Source of the DNA: Octopus vulgaris
Lineage: Eukaryota
NCBI GenBank assembly: GCA_951406725.2
Contig: OX597814.1
Location: 17,174,001-17,238,000 of the forward strand
DNA length: 64,000 nucleotides
Direction of reading: 5' to 3'
The position numbers were made by a program, and so were the translations under genes. Position 1 is the first letter of the stretch; each line of letters begins with the position of its first letter. Positions 41,553 to 54,897 of this stretch are shown here, piece by piece. A model generated the notes under the pieces. The model did no database searches. It was not told the origin of the DNA and saw nothing but the letters and a program-made list of their open reading frames with translations.

Positions 41553-42330
41553 AAGGGGGCTTGTATTTGCATAAAAGATACTTAGTCGCGTGCATACAAG
41601 GCGTTAACATTTCAGTTCTTTAGTTCAATCTATTATTGCATTAAGGCAAAATTCTTAATTTTTCGGTCTAACAAATATAACACAGTATCATTGATTTGAA
41701 GTTCCCTTTCCCGTATGGTTACGTACTATCTACAGAAACGAGGTTATTTTGAAGTCATGAGGACAAGTCTCATTCAAGAATTTCGATAAAGCCGCAAGAC
41801 ATTTTCTATTGAAGCAGATGGTTCTTGAATGTAAGTTCTATTACCTCAATGTATATTTTAAGTTCATCATTTTTATTTGATTGAAACTTGGCACTGTAAA
41901 CAATCGAATTTGCTGGGCAGTTACCATCTGGTGGAGAATTCTCACGAATTCTACAGCTGCAAGATCTTTGTTGGTTACTTATTTTCATTTTTGCAGCATT
42001 ATAACCTCTTATATAACACTGGAATTCTTGCAAGCTAAATAACTAACCTTAACCGAGTTCCTATTCAATATTTATTTTATACTTATGTATAAGTATAATA
42101 GAAATTGTGATCTATTAAATGAAGGAATTTTATGGCTATATTAGTTTTTACTGCTGAGTTAAATACTAGGTTGTACCATAAATTGTTCCTTTTTCCAATT
42201 CCTATTCTTACGCAATGCATTACCAGTGTGTTTTTTTTTTACAGATCTAATCTTATCGGGGAAACCGCTATTTTATTAGCGACTCATTCTAATGTCAATC
42301 GTACCCCTAAAAACATCTTCATTAGAAGAT
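41553..42330 (-). pseudogene. Penelope-like element relic (post-RT region, Cys linker, GIY-YIG), Naiad-type
   Basis: KRNNLWYNLVFNSAVKTNIAIKFLHLIDHNF, LNRNSVKVSY, CSCRIRENSPPDGNC, IVYSA...KIYIE (GIY-YIG-like) and C-terminal CMHATKYLL. Confidence 0.8.
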
Positions 42331-42523
42331 AACAAGGACACTCATTTATTAATAATGTTAACCAAGTTCCTCAATACACCAGCTGGTGATTGGAAGCCAA
42401 TAACTGAGGTCTGGAAATTGGAGCCTTTCAGTTATTTTGTATTTAAAAATACTCGATATTTGTATTGAGTCTTGTAATTTATCGCTTTTGGTGAACCAAC
42501 AATATGCAGACAGACAGACAGAC

Positions 42524-42574
<51 letters not shown>

Positions 42575-42603
42575 AAGAATTATATTAAAAGTTGAGTCTA
42601 CTC

Positions 42604-42880
42604 TGTGGGATGACGTCAGCAGCTGGGTGCGCTGACCGGAAGTTGGGGCAACCGGAAGGGGCTGCCGTGAGGCGCGCGTAGAGAGCGGCGATTTCGGCTT
42701 TTTCGAACCGGGGTCGTCGACGTGTCGAGACGGGGGAAGACGTTGCTAAGGTTGGGTGAAGCAGCTGCTATCTTTAGCGTTCGGGTCGGGGCTGTGTCGA
42801 AGGATCCGTTACCACTGACGGGCTGCCTCGGAGCGAAGAGAAGGTAGGTGCCTTTATATTCGAATCGCGCTCACACTACA
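42604..42880. mobile_element. solo LTR (277 bp, GC/CpG-rich)
   Basis: TGT...ACA termini (TGTGG and CTACA) with an exact 5-bp TSD TACTC at 42599-42603 and 42881-42885. Confidence 0.85.
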
Positions 42881-43816
42881 TACTCTAAGTTCCGACCACA
42901 GCTAAGCTGATCAAGAAAACTTTGTATACGGACTAAAATAGCGTTCTATTTTGACCGTTACAGGCCAAAGTTGAAGAATTTCTGCAAAAGAAAACAGTAC
43001 GCAATCTTAGTAAAACGTGTTTAAAGCCAAGTCATTCGGGCGAAAGTGGAATGATAAACAATAGGATCTACAACAAGCTTCATTTGCCATGTGAAGTTAA
43101 GCAATTAACAACTTTATTAAGTGTACCCAGTACAATAGCAAATATAAACACACACATATACATATTCAGAAACAAAAACACTCAAGATAAATGCAAAGCA
43201 TTCAATTACGCAAACATAAAGATTTTCTCTTAAATAGTTTCTTATCCCAGAATACAGAAACACAAAAATAAAATGGGATTTTTTTCGCAGGATGAGATTC
43301 AATTAAATACAATGTAAGGCTTTTACGTCCACCATGTGTTGGTTTAGGTCATGGTCAAGACTAAATATGCAAGTTTGTTTCTCTCGCCCCCGTGCGTATC
43401 TCATGGGACAAAACGTTTCATTTAGTAAATGGAGCAGGGAGTGAGAAAGTTTATAAATTTGATTCTGTCGTTCAGTAACACAGTTAACTGCCATTAATCA
43501 GGAAATATTCATGAAATGTGCCAGAGAATAAACCAAGAGAAGAATTGACTTTTATTACTTTGTTTAATTTGGAATGTTTTTCTTTGTTATTATCTTCATT
43601 CTCTCTCTTTCTCTCTCCCTCTCTCTCGCCTTATTATTTTTAATGAACGGTCTTCCCCGTTTCCTTCGGTGGAAACACTAACCTAACTTATTTTTTTAAA
43701 ATATATCTTGTAATTCATTGTTGTTAGCGAACGATGACTGGCAAAGGATAGAAGACATGAATAGAACAAGCAAATAAATGTTCGATGTGAATTGATTAAT
43801 ACATAGATAGATCGAT

Positions 43817-43865
<49 letters not shown>

Positions 43866-43950
43866 CACACATGCATACACACGCACTCACACACACATGT
43901 AATCAATCGGTAAATACATACATGCACGATCACAAAAACAAACACATGCA

Positions 43951-43990
<40 letters not shown>

Positions 43991-44328
43991 AGAGAGAGAG
44001 AGAGAGAGAAAGAGACAGAAAAAGACAGACAGACAGACAGAGATTGTTATAGTCATATTAATAACCCGATACATAATGTAGTGAACAAAAGACTGAGATC
44101 GAAGGAAAAAAACTGAAGGAATATTTCTAAGCATAACAAAAAGAGACAAGCATGTTTTCTCATGGGATAATTATATAAGCAAACTTTATAAACTAGTGGG
44201 GAAGAAAAACATGCCATCTCCCTAGTTTAATACAACACAGGCTAGAGTTCAAATTCCGATTTTGAAGCGACTTTAACTTTCATTTCTTCAGACTTAATGA
44301 TATACGTAGCAGTAATATTCAGTCTTTG

Positions 44329-44704
44329 AAGGCGGCGAGCTGGCAGAAACGTTAGCACGCTGGGCGAAATGCTTAGCGGTATTTCGTCTGCCGCTACGTT
44401 CTGAGTTCAAATTCCGCCGAGGTCGACTTTGCCTTTCATCCTTTCGGGGTCGATTAAATAAGTACCAGTTACGCACTGGGGTCGATATAATTGACTTAAT
44501 CCGTTTGTCTGTCCTTGTTTGTCCTCTCTGTGTTTAGCCCCTTGTGGGTAGTAAAAAAAAAAAAGGTATTTCATTTGTCTTTACGTTCTGAGTTCAAATT
44601 TGCCTTTCATCCTTTCGAGATCGATAAATTCAGTACCAGTTGCGTACAGGGGTCGATCTAATCGACTGGCCCCCTCCACAAAAATTTTGGGCCGTGTGCC
44701 TAGA
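44329..44704 (+). mobile_element. SINE family D tandem dimer
   Basis: Full head followed by a second partial unit. Confidence 0.92.
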
Positions 44705-44964
44705 AAGTATATTCAATCTTTGAACATTCTTTGGTTTAAACGAGAGTGGCTTTCTCTTAGATTTTTTTCACAATGTAGAATCTAAGAAAAGAAGCTGTCG
44801 AACTTTTTAATTCATCTATTAAAAACGGAACAAATCCATATAATTATATTCAGAGAAGTAGTAGAATCACGATTTCATTGTTGTTACAGTTTTCAAGGAC
44901 AATACCTGGTGTTTAACAAAAATAATTCCCAAGGTATATTCACCTGAATAAACATTAAGTTTCA

Positions 44965-45553
44965 AATTTTGGCACCAGGCCATCAGTTTTGGGATTGTGG
45001 TTAAGTCCATTATATTGACCTCCAACGCTTAACTGACACTTATTTCATCGACCGCCAAAAGGATGAAAGTCAAGTCGACCTCACATAGTAAGGACGGACT
45101 AAATGCTACTGAGCATTTTGCCCGGCGTGCTAACGATTCTTTTCTACTCTAAGCACAGGGCCCGAAATTTTTTCGGCAGGGTGGGGTGTGCAGTTGATTA
45201 AATCGATACCAGTACGCAACTGGTACTTAATTTATCGATCTCAAAAGGATGAAAGGCAAAGTAGACCTCGGCAGAATTTCAACTCAGAATCTAAAGACAC
45301 AAAGACAGACGAAATACCTATTTCTTTACTACCCACAAGGGGCTAAGCACAGAGAGGTCAAACAAGGACACAGACAAACGGATTAAGTCGATTATATCGA
45401 CCCCAGTGCGTAATTGGTACTTATTTAATCGGCCCCGAAAGGATGAAAGGCAAAGTCGGCCTCGGCGGAATTTGAACTCAGAACGTAACGGCAGACGAAA
45501 TACCACTAAGCATTTCGCCCGACGTGCTAACGATTCTGCCAGCCCGCCGCCTT
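44965..45553 (-). mobile_element. SINE family D, three units on the minus strand
   Basis: aaaggatgaaag..aagt.gacctc repeated at about 45060, 45245 and 45440. Confidence 0.9.
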
Positions 45554-45584
45554 AAAAAATATTCTAATATTCAAATAACGAAAG

Positions 45585-46030
45585 ACGGCAAGCTGGCAGA
45601 ACCGTTGGCATGCCGGGCAAAATGCTTAGCGGCATTCCGTCTGTCCCAACGTTTTAGTTTCAAAATCCACCAGGGTCGACTTTGCCATTCCTCCTTTCGG
45701 GAGGCATAAAATAAGTATCAGTTGAGTGCTGAAGTCGATGTAATTGACTTAACCTCTCCCCCAACATTACTGGCCTGGTTTCAAAGTTCGAAACCATTAT
45801 TAAGCGGATGGAAAGTGGAAATAATAAATAAGAAACGTTAGCACGGGAGATAAAATGCTTAGCAGCATTTCATACGACACCTCATGTTCTTGTCAAAACT
45901 CTCACCGAGTTCGAGTTTGCCTTTCGTCAATTCGGAGTCGATAAAATAAGTAGCAGATGAATACTAGGGTCAATATATTTGACAAAGAAATTAACCTTCC
46001 CACCAAAATGTCTGGCATTGTGCCTATAGA
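45585..46030 (+). mobile_element. two older SINE family D copies
   Basis: ggcaagctggcagaaccgttggc...gtcgactttgcc and aaacgttagcacggg...tttgcctttcgtcaattcggagtcgataaaataagta. Confidence 0.75.
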
Positions 46031-47124
46031 GGAAATTAAGAAACCGAAGGGTTACTCAATGCTTTTTAATAGAATAAATGCATATTTATTTTTTAAGGAA
46101 AAATATGATATACATACGCTTGTTTAGTAACAATTTGTACGTTCGAAAAAGTTTAGCTTTGAGGAAGCTATTCTAGCTTTAATATGAAAGAAATATTTTC
46201 CGTTTTATATTGAATCATGTACTGCTCCATGTTATCAGCTTGATGCAGTCTTATCTCTCGTTTTATGGCATTCGCTAATATTCCTGTATAATATTCGTTT
46301 ATTTAAATAAGAAGAATTAGCAGAAATAATAGAAGACTTTGAATGAATGCCTAGCAGTTTTAAATCACATCTCTACTCGTCTTGATTTCAAGGTTGATAA
46401 AATAAATGCTTTTAATATACTGTGGTAGTTTGAATTACCAACATTGGCTTATATTATAATACTTTCGTGCAAAGACATGAATAATTAGATCGAGTTAATA
46501 AGCAACTTGTTGACTACACAGTTCATACCCTGCCACAGTAGTTTTTGTCGTATTTTCATTATTATTGTTGTTTTAATGAGCATTACACCGATGTTGATAA
46601 ATGTGATAACCGTGAAAAAGAAAAGAAATCGTTTTTCTGAGAGCGGAAATACGTACCAAAGACAATTCTTTGCATTCACAAAATTCCACATGCTGATTGA
46701 AAGGAGACTGATAAACTGTTGAAAACTCACTGTATTTATTATCTAAACCTAGGTCGATTTTATTCCATTAAAATATCGTCGTTCAAATTCCCCCAAGAGT
46801 ACCCGATTCCCTCATATCGTCTTAGCCTCAATAATGAATTACTAGGACCCGTGGAGCACGAACTATTTAACCTTCGCTTGCCGAAAGAACATGTTACTGA
46901 TAACAGGATAGAACACCTATTGTTCTTTCTTCTAAAACAAGGCATTTAAAAAATTTCTTCTCCAATGTTTTCTCCATAAAATCTTACCTGCACAAAATAC
47001 TTGACGATTTATGTAATTAGGATAAGAAGAATCTAGGTACTTATTCAGAAATACTTAGTTTTTATTGGAAAAATTAACGCAGCAGGGCCTATCAACGTAT
47101 TAGTTTTAAATGTTCCGTAACGCT

Positions 47125-47562
47125 ACGAGCTGGCAGGATCATTGAAATGCTTAGCGGTATTTCGTCTGCCACTACGTTCTGAGTTCAAATTCCACCGAGG
47201 TCGACTTTGCCTTTTATCCTTTCGGTGTCGATAAATTAAGTACCAGTTACGCACTGGGGTCGATGTAATCGACTTAATACCTATGTCTGTCCTTGTTTGT
47301 CTCCTCTGTGTTTAGCCCCTTGTGGGTAGTAAAGAAATAGGTATTTCGTCTGCCACTTCGTTCTGAGTTCAAATTCCGCCGAGGTCGACTTAGCCTTTTA
47401 TCCTTTCGGGGTTGATAAATTAAGCACCAGTTATGCACTGGGGTCGATATAATCGACTTAATACCTATGTCTGTCCTTGTTTATCCCCTCTATGTTTAGC
47501 CCTTGGTGGGTAATAAAGAAATAGGTATTTCGTCTGCCGCTACGTTCTGAGTTCAAATTCCG
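47125..47562 (+). mobile_element. SINE family D tandem array (about 184-bp period)
   Basis: ggtatttcgtctgcc...gttctgagttcaaattcc recurs at about 47156, 47340 and 47524. Confidence 0.92.
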
Positions 47563-47654
47563 TGTTTGTCTGACAAAGAAAAAGTTAGTCTTTGATAACA
47601 AGTAAAACGAAACATTAAAATTGTAAAAAACAGAGTGAACACACACACACGCAT

Positions 47655-47689
<35 letters not shown>

Positions 47690-47694
47690 TTTTA

Positions 47695-48098
47695 CTTTTT
47701 TACTCTCTTACTTGTTTCAGTCATTTGACTGTGGCCATGCTGGAGTACCGTCTTTAGTCGAGCAAATCCACCCCAGGACTTATTCTTTGTATGCCTCGTA
47801 CTTATTCTATCGGTCTATTTTGCCGAACCGCTAAGTTACGGCGACGTAAACACACCACCATCGGTTGTCAAGCAATGTTGGAGGGACAAACACAGACACA
47901 CAAACGCACACGCACACACATATATATATATATATATACATATATACGACGGGCTTCTTTCAGTTTCCGCCTATCAAATCCACTCACAAGGCTTTGGTCG
48001 ACACGAGGCTATAGTAGAAGGCACTTGCCCAAGGTGCCACGCAGTGGGACTGAGCCCGGAACCATGTGGTTGGTAAACAAGCTACTTACCCACTCCTA

Positions 48099-48102
<4 letters not shown>
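47695..48102 (-). mobile_element. SINE family C
   Basis: Colinear with the other copies. Confidence 0.92.
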
Positions 48103-48161
<59 letters not shown>

Positions 48162-49003
48162 TATAATATTTATACCTGAAGTGGTGTAAACATTGTACAT
48201 AATATGTTTAAGATATATCAGATACATTATTGCAATATGTACAGAATGCAGTTGAAGAATATACACTACATGAAATATACTCAATTAGGTCACACCGTTA
48301 GCTATAAAGACTAGAAAATGTAAACAAGGTTCCGTGGTTAAATCGGTAAACTGGAAATACAAGCGAGTTAATAATCGATTGGAAAAGTAAACTCTGACCC
48401 TTGTTCATCCCATGTGTGTTCAAACCCCACCATTTCAACACTAATAGAATTATCAACGAATAGCCGATAAATAAGTTAATTATAAGAATGAACTTCGATA
48501 AAATGCTATTAACCTTATTATACATTTAATTAAAATAGCTTTGAAATAAAGTTTGTAATGGTAAAGGAGCGGTACCTTTGTGTTCGATCATGGGGTTTGT
48601 GGCCTCTTAACTGTATGCCATACCTTTGGCCGCAGTTAAGCTTCTTTCTTTTTTTCCTAACATGACTATGTATTGTTCTCAGTTTTTCGTTCACTCGCAG
48701 TCAGAATGTAACATCACAAGGGAAATGACAAATGGACAACGTAGCGACTGGATTATACATATATACACACATACACATACATACATATGTGTGTGATGTA
48801 TTTCTCTGTGTGTGGCTGTATGTATGTGTGTGTGTGTTTGTGTGTCCTTTCTAGTTAAAGCATTCGTTCGTACGTAATGAAGTTTTCCTGGAAAATTTGA
48901 TAGCTGGTATATCAACTGACAGGGAAATGTGAACATTACAAAAATATACCAAATAAAAATACAAATCGAAGGGAAAAAGCAAATTGATTTAATAAAGGAA
49001 AAA

Positions 49004-50189
49004 TAGAAGGTTGAGTAAAAAGTATGCAACGTTTTGAACCATGGAGTATTTGTAACAGATTTTTGCAGAGTTTTATGAAATTGTCTGCTAACACGGGCAT
49101 GCACTTTCCCAAATGCATCAATAAATTAACATTGATATTTTTTTCAATGTTGTTACAGTTATCTGAAATGTAACTGTCAAAGCGCGATATTCGAGCAATT
49201 TTGCTATTCTGCTTGAAAAAGGACGTGAAACTGCTGAAACTGCTCACGATATCAACGAAACGTTTGGTGAGGAAATGACCAGTGAGTGGTTAGCTCGAAA
49301 ATCATTTAAACGGTTTCGCAGTGGAAACTTGAGACTTGAAGAAAGTGAGCGTAGTGGACGCCCATCTGTCATCGATGACAGACAATTGAAGAGCGTTATT
49401 GAGAAAGATCCACGTAAAACCACTCGAAAACTGGCGAAAAACTTCAAGTTAGCCAGAAAAGGTCTGCAATCATTTGCATGCGATCAGAAAATCAAAAGCG
49501 CTCGACAAATGGGTACCACACGATTTGAAAGAAAATCAGAAAATGTGCAGATAAGAAATTTGCTAGTCGCTTCTTCTCGACCGTATAATAGCTTGCGATG
49601 AAAAGTGAATTTTGTACAATAGTAAAAAACGTGCTTCGCACTGTTTGGACCAGAATGAAGGACCGAAAACCTTACTTAAACCTGAGCTCTTCAAAGAAAA
49701 GGTAATGGTGACTTTTTGGTGGTGTACTGCTGGACTCATCCACTATAACTTCTTAAACGAGGAAAAACCTGCAGAAACATATTGTCATGAAGAGAAGAGG
49801 TTCAATCATTCTTCGTGACAATGCTCGACCACACGTTTAACTAATAACGCTCCAGAAGTTGAAGGAACTTGGCTACGAAGTTCTTCCCCACCCAGCTTAT
49901 TCCCCAGACCTTTCTCCTACCGACTACCACATTTTCAAGAACCTTGATGGTTTTCTGCGAGAGAAGGAGTTAAAAAATCAAACTGATGCTGAAAGTGCGT
50001 TCAAAGAGTTCACCAGGCCCAGAACTCCAGCTTTTTATGTTACCGGAGTAAGTAAGCTTGTAACTCATTGGCAAAATTGTGTTAATTGTAATGGCCCTTA
50101 CTTTGATGCATAAAATTTCTGCATTGTTGAAATATATTGTAATGAATTTCATGTTTCAAAATGTTGCTTACTTTTTACTCAGCCCGATA
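49004..50189 (+). mobile_element. mariner transposon, near full length, degraded transposase
   Basis: TIRs ggttgagtaaaaagtatgcaacgttttgaa and ttcaaaatgttgcttactttttactcagcccga|ta. Motifs RFRSGN, RSGRP, WVPHDL, KVMVTFWW, DNARPH and YSPDLSPTDY. Confidence 0.95.
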
Positions 50190-50479
50190 CATATATATAA
50201 AAATATACCTATATATAAAAATAAATATTTGTTAAAAACACTAAAGGCATATTTTCGTATTTGGAAAAGCTTGCTTTTTGTCCATGTTGTATTCAACGTT
50301 CCGGAAAAAAATGGGCTAATTATTCAAAAAGAAAAATAGTAAAACGATTAGACAGAGCGAAAAAGGGACTTTAAAATGATATATAAAGTCAAAATAATTT
50401 AACGAAAATTAATTTGAAAATACGTCATTTAAAACCAAAATTACAAATTCTGCAAGAACTTTCTTGACAGCCTAATAGT

Positions 50480-50800
50480 TTCAGCTTGAGAGCTGTGGAC
50501 TTGCAGGTGCACCGCCGTTAGATTTCTTTCACCTTCACTGTTTGAAAACTCCTCTGATATGTTGCATTTGGCGAATGGGAGAGTTTTAAGCTGCTTCCCA
50601 CATCTGCGTTTCCTACCACGATGTAGTTTTCTCCTCTTGACGGGAGGTGATCCAGTTTTGTTTTGAAGACACCTACATCCACCCCGTGCAGGCCTCAAGC
50701 TTTTCACAATATTTTTCTTATATAGGGAAGAAAGGTTTTGTGCATGATCTTTACAGGCCCTCCGAGACTAGCGAGGTAGACAAATTCCTCTTAAATAGTT
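50480..50800 (-). pseudogene. possible Tigger/CENP-B HTH relic
   Basis: KLEACTGWM resembles the FxASxGW motif; otherwise weak. Confidence 0.25.
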
Positions 50801-51899
50801 TCAAGTTAACGACTAAGAGGTAACTACAAGCATAGAGGAAATTACTAGAAGACTGACATTTTGAGAAGGAAAGGCAACGGAAAGTGGTTAGCGAGGGTGT
50901 AATATGGATGAGGAAAGAATAGCTACAAATAAACCGGAAGTGACTAAATAAGTTAGTCCATGACGAACAGAGATTATTATGATATGGGCAAAATAATAAA
51001 GGAGAAGTGACAGCGCTCCAGCTGGTCTGTCAAATTGCCAGCTAGCGGAGCGGTTTTTGTTAAATGCCGACTAGCATATGTGGTAGATCCTTCCGACATG
51101 CGGAATCAATCTATCATGGACCTCGTCTGAAATTGTTAGGGTGCTTGCATTTACTGAGAGTTCAATTATTTTCAGGAACAGAAGAGAAATGTGGTCTATC
51201 ATGCTTTTATATATTGCAGCAGTGCTATTCAAAATACCAGAATTGTGTTTTCATTTCGGTCAAGGGTAATAGGGAACGTGAATGAAAGATCAGGACCGAA
51301 ATGTTTTTGGATAGCATAGAGAAAATCTACATTTTAGTTCCGAAAATTGCACAATGCAAATTTTGCAGTTAGTTGTCATGCTAGGGTGTGGAATATAACT
51401 TTGCTTTGATGACTTCGATGCGTTCGGTATTGCGAACAGCAACGTTTAAAAGTAAATAGACCTTATCTGAAATCAATTTAATCAATAAAGGTAATTGAAT
51501 ATAAATAGTCTTCGAGACATTTATGTCTCTGAGGCGATTCAATTTTAATTATATGAATGTATTTTCATGAATTTCTGCCCATGCATACACCTAAATACAG
51601 AAGCTGAGCATTATAAACTTGGACGCATGCACATACACTCACATACACATACAATATCCAAAAACACACATAAACACACACACATACATACACACATCTG
51701 TATATATATATATATATATATGTATATACGTTTAAATAGATGGAAAGATACAGAGATTCAGATGGGGCATATATATATATGATTAGTATGGATATATCTA
51801 TAAATATGCATATGCATGTACATATGTGCCTGTAGATATATCTTTATATATGTATACATAAGTCCATACAAACATATCTATCTATCAAACTATCTATCA

Positions 51900-51968
<69 letters not shown>

Positions 51969-51969
51969 C

Positions 51970-52010
<41 letters not shown>

Positions 52011-52013
<3 letters not shown>

Positions 52014-52587
52014 TGGGTTGGCATCTAAGTTCCTGCAGTTTGTTTAAAATTTTGGAATTTATTTGGTTTTTAAATTTTGGAATCTATTTATTTCGAGAAT
52101 TCTATTCTTGAATCATTTTGGAATCTTTTTTTTTCCTTTATAGTTAATTTGCGGCCTTAGAACGACTCAACACGGCTATTCAAGACAAAAGACCTAATCG
52201 CCAGCATGGAGTTCTGCTGCACGACAACGCCCGCCCTCATATCGCCAATATGACCAAGGAAGCCATTTAAACGCACGGATGGGAAGTGCTGCCACACCCG
52301 TAGTACTCTCCTGATTTGGCACCAAAGGATTTCCAACTATTTCAATCTCTATCAAATGCTCTGCACGGAGTTTCGTTCAATACTGATGCAGAATTGAGAG
52401 GTTGGTTAGATCAATTTTTCGAGTTGAAATCAGGTGAGTTCTACCAACGTGGTATTGAAAATCTTGTTGAACTTTGGAAAGAAGTTGTAAACAACAGGGG
52501 TGAATACATTATTGATTAATTAGTTGGTATTTTTATTAAACCTTTTAAAAAATTTTAATTTAAAAAAAACGACGAGAACTTGCCAGC

Positions 52588-52593
<6 letters not shown>
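52011..52593 (+). mobile_element. internally deleted mariner in (TA)n
   Basis: Ends ta|ttgggttggca and tgccagcccaa|ta. Retains HDNARPH, WEVLPHP*YSPDLAPKDF and FYQRGIENLVELWKEVVNNRGEYIID*. Confidence 0.93.
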
Positions 52594-52670
<77 letters not shown>

Positions 52671-52689
52671 AATATATATATATTCTCTT

Positions 52690-52903
52690 TTACTCTTTTA
52701 CTTGTTTCAGTCATTTGACTGCAGCCATGCTGGAGCACCGCCTTTAGTCGAGCAAATCGACCCCGGGACTTATTCTTTGTAAGCCCAGTACTTATTATAT
52801 CGGTCTCTTTTGCCGAACCGCTAAGTGACGGACACGTAAACACACCAGCATCTGTTGTCAAGCAATGCTAGGGGGACAAACACAGAAGCACAAACACACA
52901 CAA

Positions 52904-52970
<67 letters not shown>

Positions 52971-53136
52971 TACGACAGGCTTCTTTCAGTTTCCGTCTAC
53001 CAAATCTACTCACAAGGCATTGGTCGGCCCGGGGCTATAGCAGAAGACACTTGCCCAAGATGCCACGCAGTGGGACTGAACCCGGAACCATGTGGTTGGT
53101 TAGCAAGCTACTTACCACACAGCCACTCCTGCGCCT
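52690..53136 (-). mobile_element. SINE family C, full length
   Basis: Near-identical to 23785-24197. Confidence 0.93.
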
Positions 53137-54150
53137 ATTATATATATATATATATATACTTTCAATAATAATAAAGGGTAAAATTAATTAATTAATTAAT
53201 TAATTAATTAATTAATAATTGATAATTTTACCAAGTAGTTCGGTATGTTAAAATAACCTTTATCGGCAACCTTATTCAAAATTTCTATAATTATAACCAT
53301 AATAATAATTTAAATATATATAAGTATTGGATTTTCTTGGTTTGCTGCACCAAAACGTAGTCAGTATCTTAATTTTTTCACATGCTGCAACAACCCCGGC
53401 TCCGTTTTACATCGCTTCTCCGTATTGTTCTGCAGTTTCTTTTCTCGCCGAGAGCAAATACTAATACATATCTGTTAGTGTTTCAGATCAGCAATCTCGC
53501 AGTGCAGAAAGGCATTTTTTTTTTATATATTGTAGCAGTGCATATTTCCTGTAGATCCATGTCATGCTTCAAAATTTTCCTACCATGTATCGGCTTTCTC
53601 TTTGGAATTGCACTAGATTCATGCAGTTAAAACTCTGTATTCTGAGCATGTATGCCCACTGGGAATGAGGGATCTCTGGTATTTGTCGGAACATCTCTGT
53701 AGGAGAAGGCTAACTCGTATATAAAACTCGCAATCTACTGAGCCGGATATCTTGCACTTAGCTTTTTTCCTGGGTTTCTTGTTATTGCTAGAGAGAGCCG
53801 TTGTGGTGTTGTACTAGCCGCACTCAATTTTAAACCCTTGCACGGTCATTGCTGACACTCTATGATGATAAGCTTTTTTTTTTGCAAAACTATTATAGGT
53901 TTCAACATTTCGAATGTATTTGTTGTCTATTGTCCTGGATGATGTAATACGTCAAGCAACGAGCAACAAACCAGAAAGCTTGGGATCGACAGATCATCGT
54001 GTATACCATTTATCATCATTACCGACTTTCACTTCGTTGATGATATAGAACTTATTTTCATTGAAAGAGAACAAGCGCAAGAGCTGCTCAATGGTGTAGA
54101 GACCAGAGCAAGTAATATAAGTCTCCACTCACATGCGGAGATAACTTTAT

Positions 54151-54543
54151 GGATGGATGGAAGCACTCCGTCGGTTACGACGATGAGGGTTCCGGTTGAT
54201 CCGAATCAACGGAACAGCCTGCTCGTGAAATTAACGTGTAAGTGGCTGAGCACTCCACAGACACGTGCACCCTTAACGTAGTTCTCGGGGATATTCAGCG
54301 TGACACAGAGAGTGACAAGGCCGGCCCTTTGAAATACAGGTACAACAGAAACAGGAAGTAAGAGTGAGAGAAAGTTGTGGTGAAAGAGTACAGCAGGGAT
54401 CACCGCCATCCCCTGCCGGAGCCTCGTGAAGGTTTTAGGTGTTTTCGCTCAATAAACACTCACAACGCCGGTCTGGGAATCGAAACCGCGATCCTATGAC
54501 CGTGAGTCCGCTGCCCTAACCACTGGGCCATTGCGCCTCCACT
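54151..54543 (-). mobile_element. SINE (head A, tail 1) with 11-bp TSD
   Basis: TSD gataactttat at 54140-54150 and 54544-54554. Confidence 0.95.
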
Positions 54544-54639
54544 GATAACTTTATACATGTTCTTCAATCAAAGCAACGACGTAGATCTATAAGCACTAGA
54601 CGAATCAAACATGAATTCAGTTGAATATTTCAGATATCC

Positions 54640-54897
54640 GTGGAGGCGCGTGGTTTAGTGGTTAGGGTGTCAGCATCATGATCGTAACATTGTGGTTTCG
54701 ATTCCTAGACCGGGCGACGCGTTGTGTTCTTGAGCAAAACACTTCATTTCACGTTGCTCCAGTCCACTCAGCTGGCAAAAATGAGTAACGCTGCGATGGA
54801 CTGGCATCCCGTCCAGCTAGGGAACTCATACACCATAGAATCCGGGAAACCGGGCCCATGAGCCTAGCTAGGCTTTAAAAGGGCGCATTTATTATTT
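54640..54897 (+). mobile_element. SINE (head B, tail 2) with 14-bp TSD
   Basis: TSD tatttcag(a/t)tatcc at 54626-54639 and 54898-54911. Confidence 0.95.

Noticed and set aside
42604-42850. Host CpG-island promoter and first exon
   Set aside because: TG...CA termini plus an exact 5-bp TSD are better explained by a solo LTR.
46500-47040. Unique sequence with a minus-strand CAG|GTAAGA donor and short ORFs
   Set aside because: No recognisable coding signal; it cannot be supported without RNA data.
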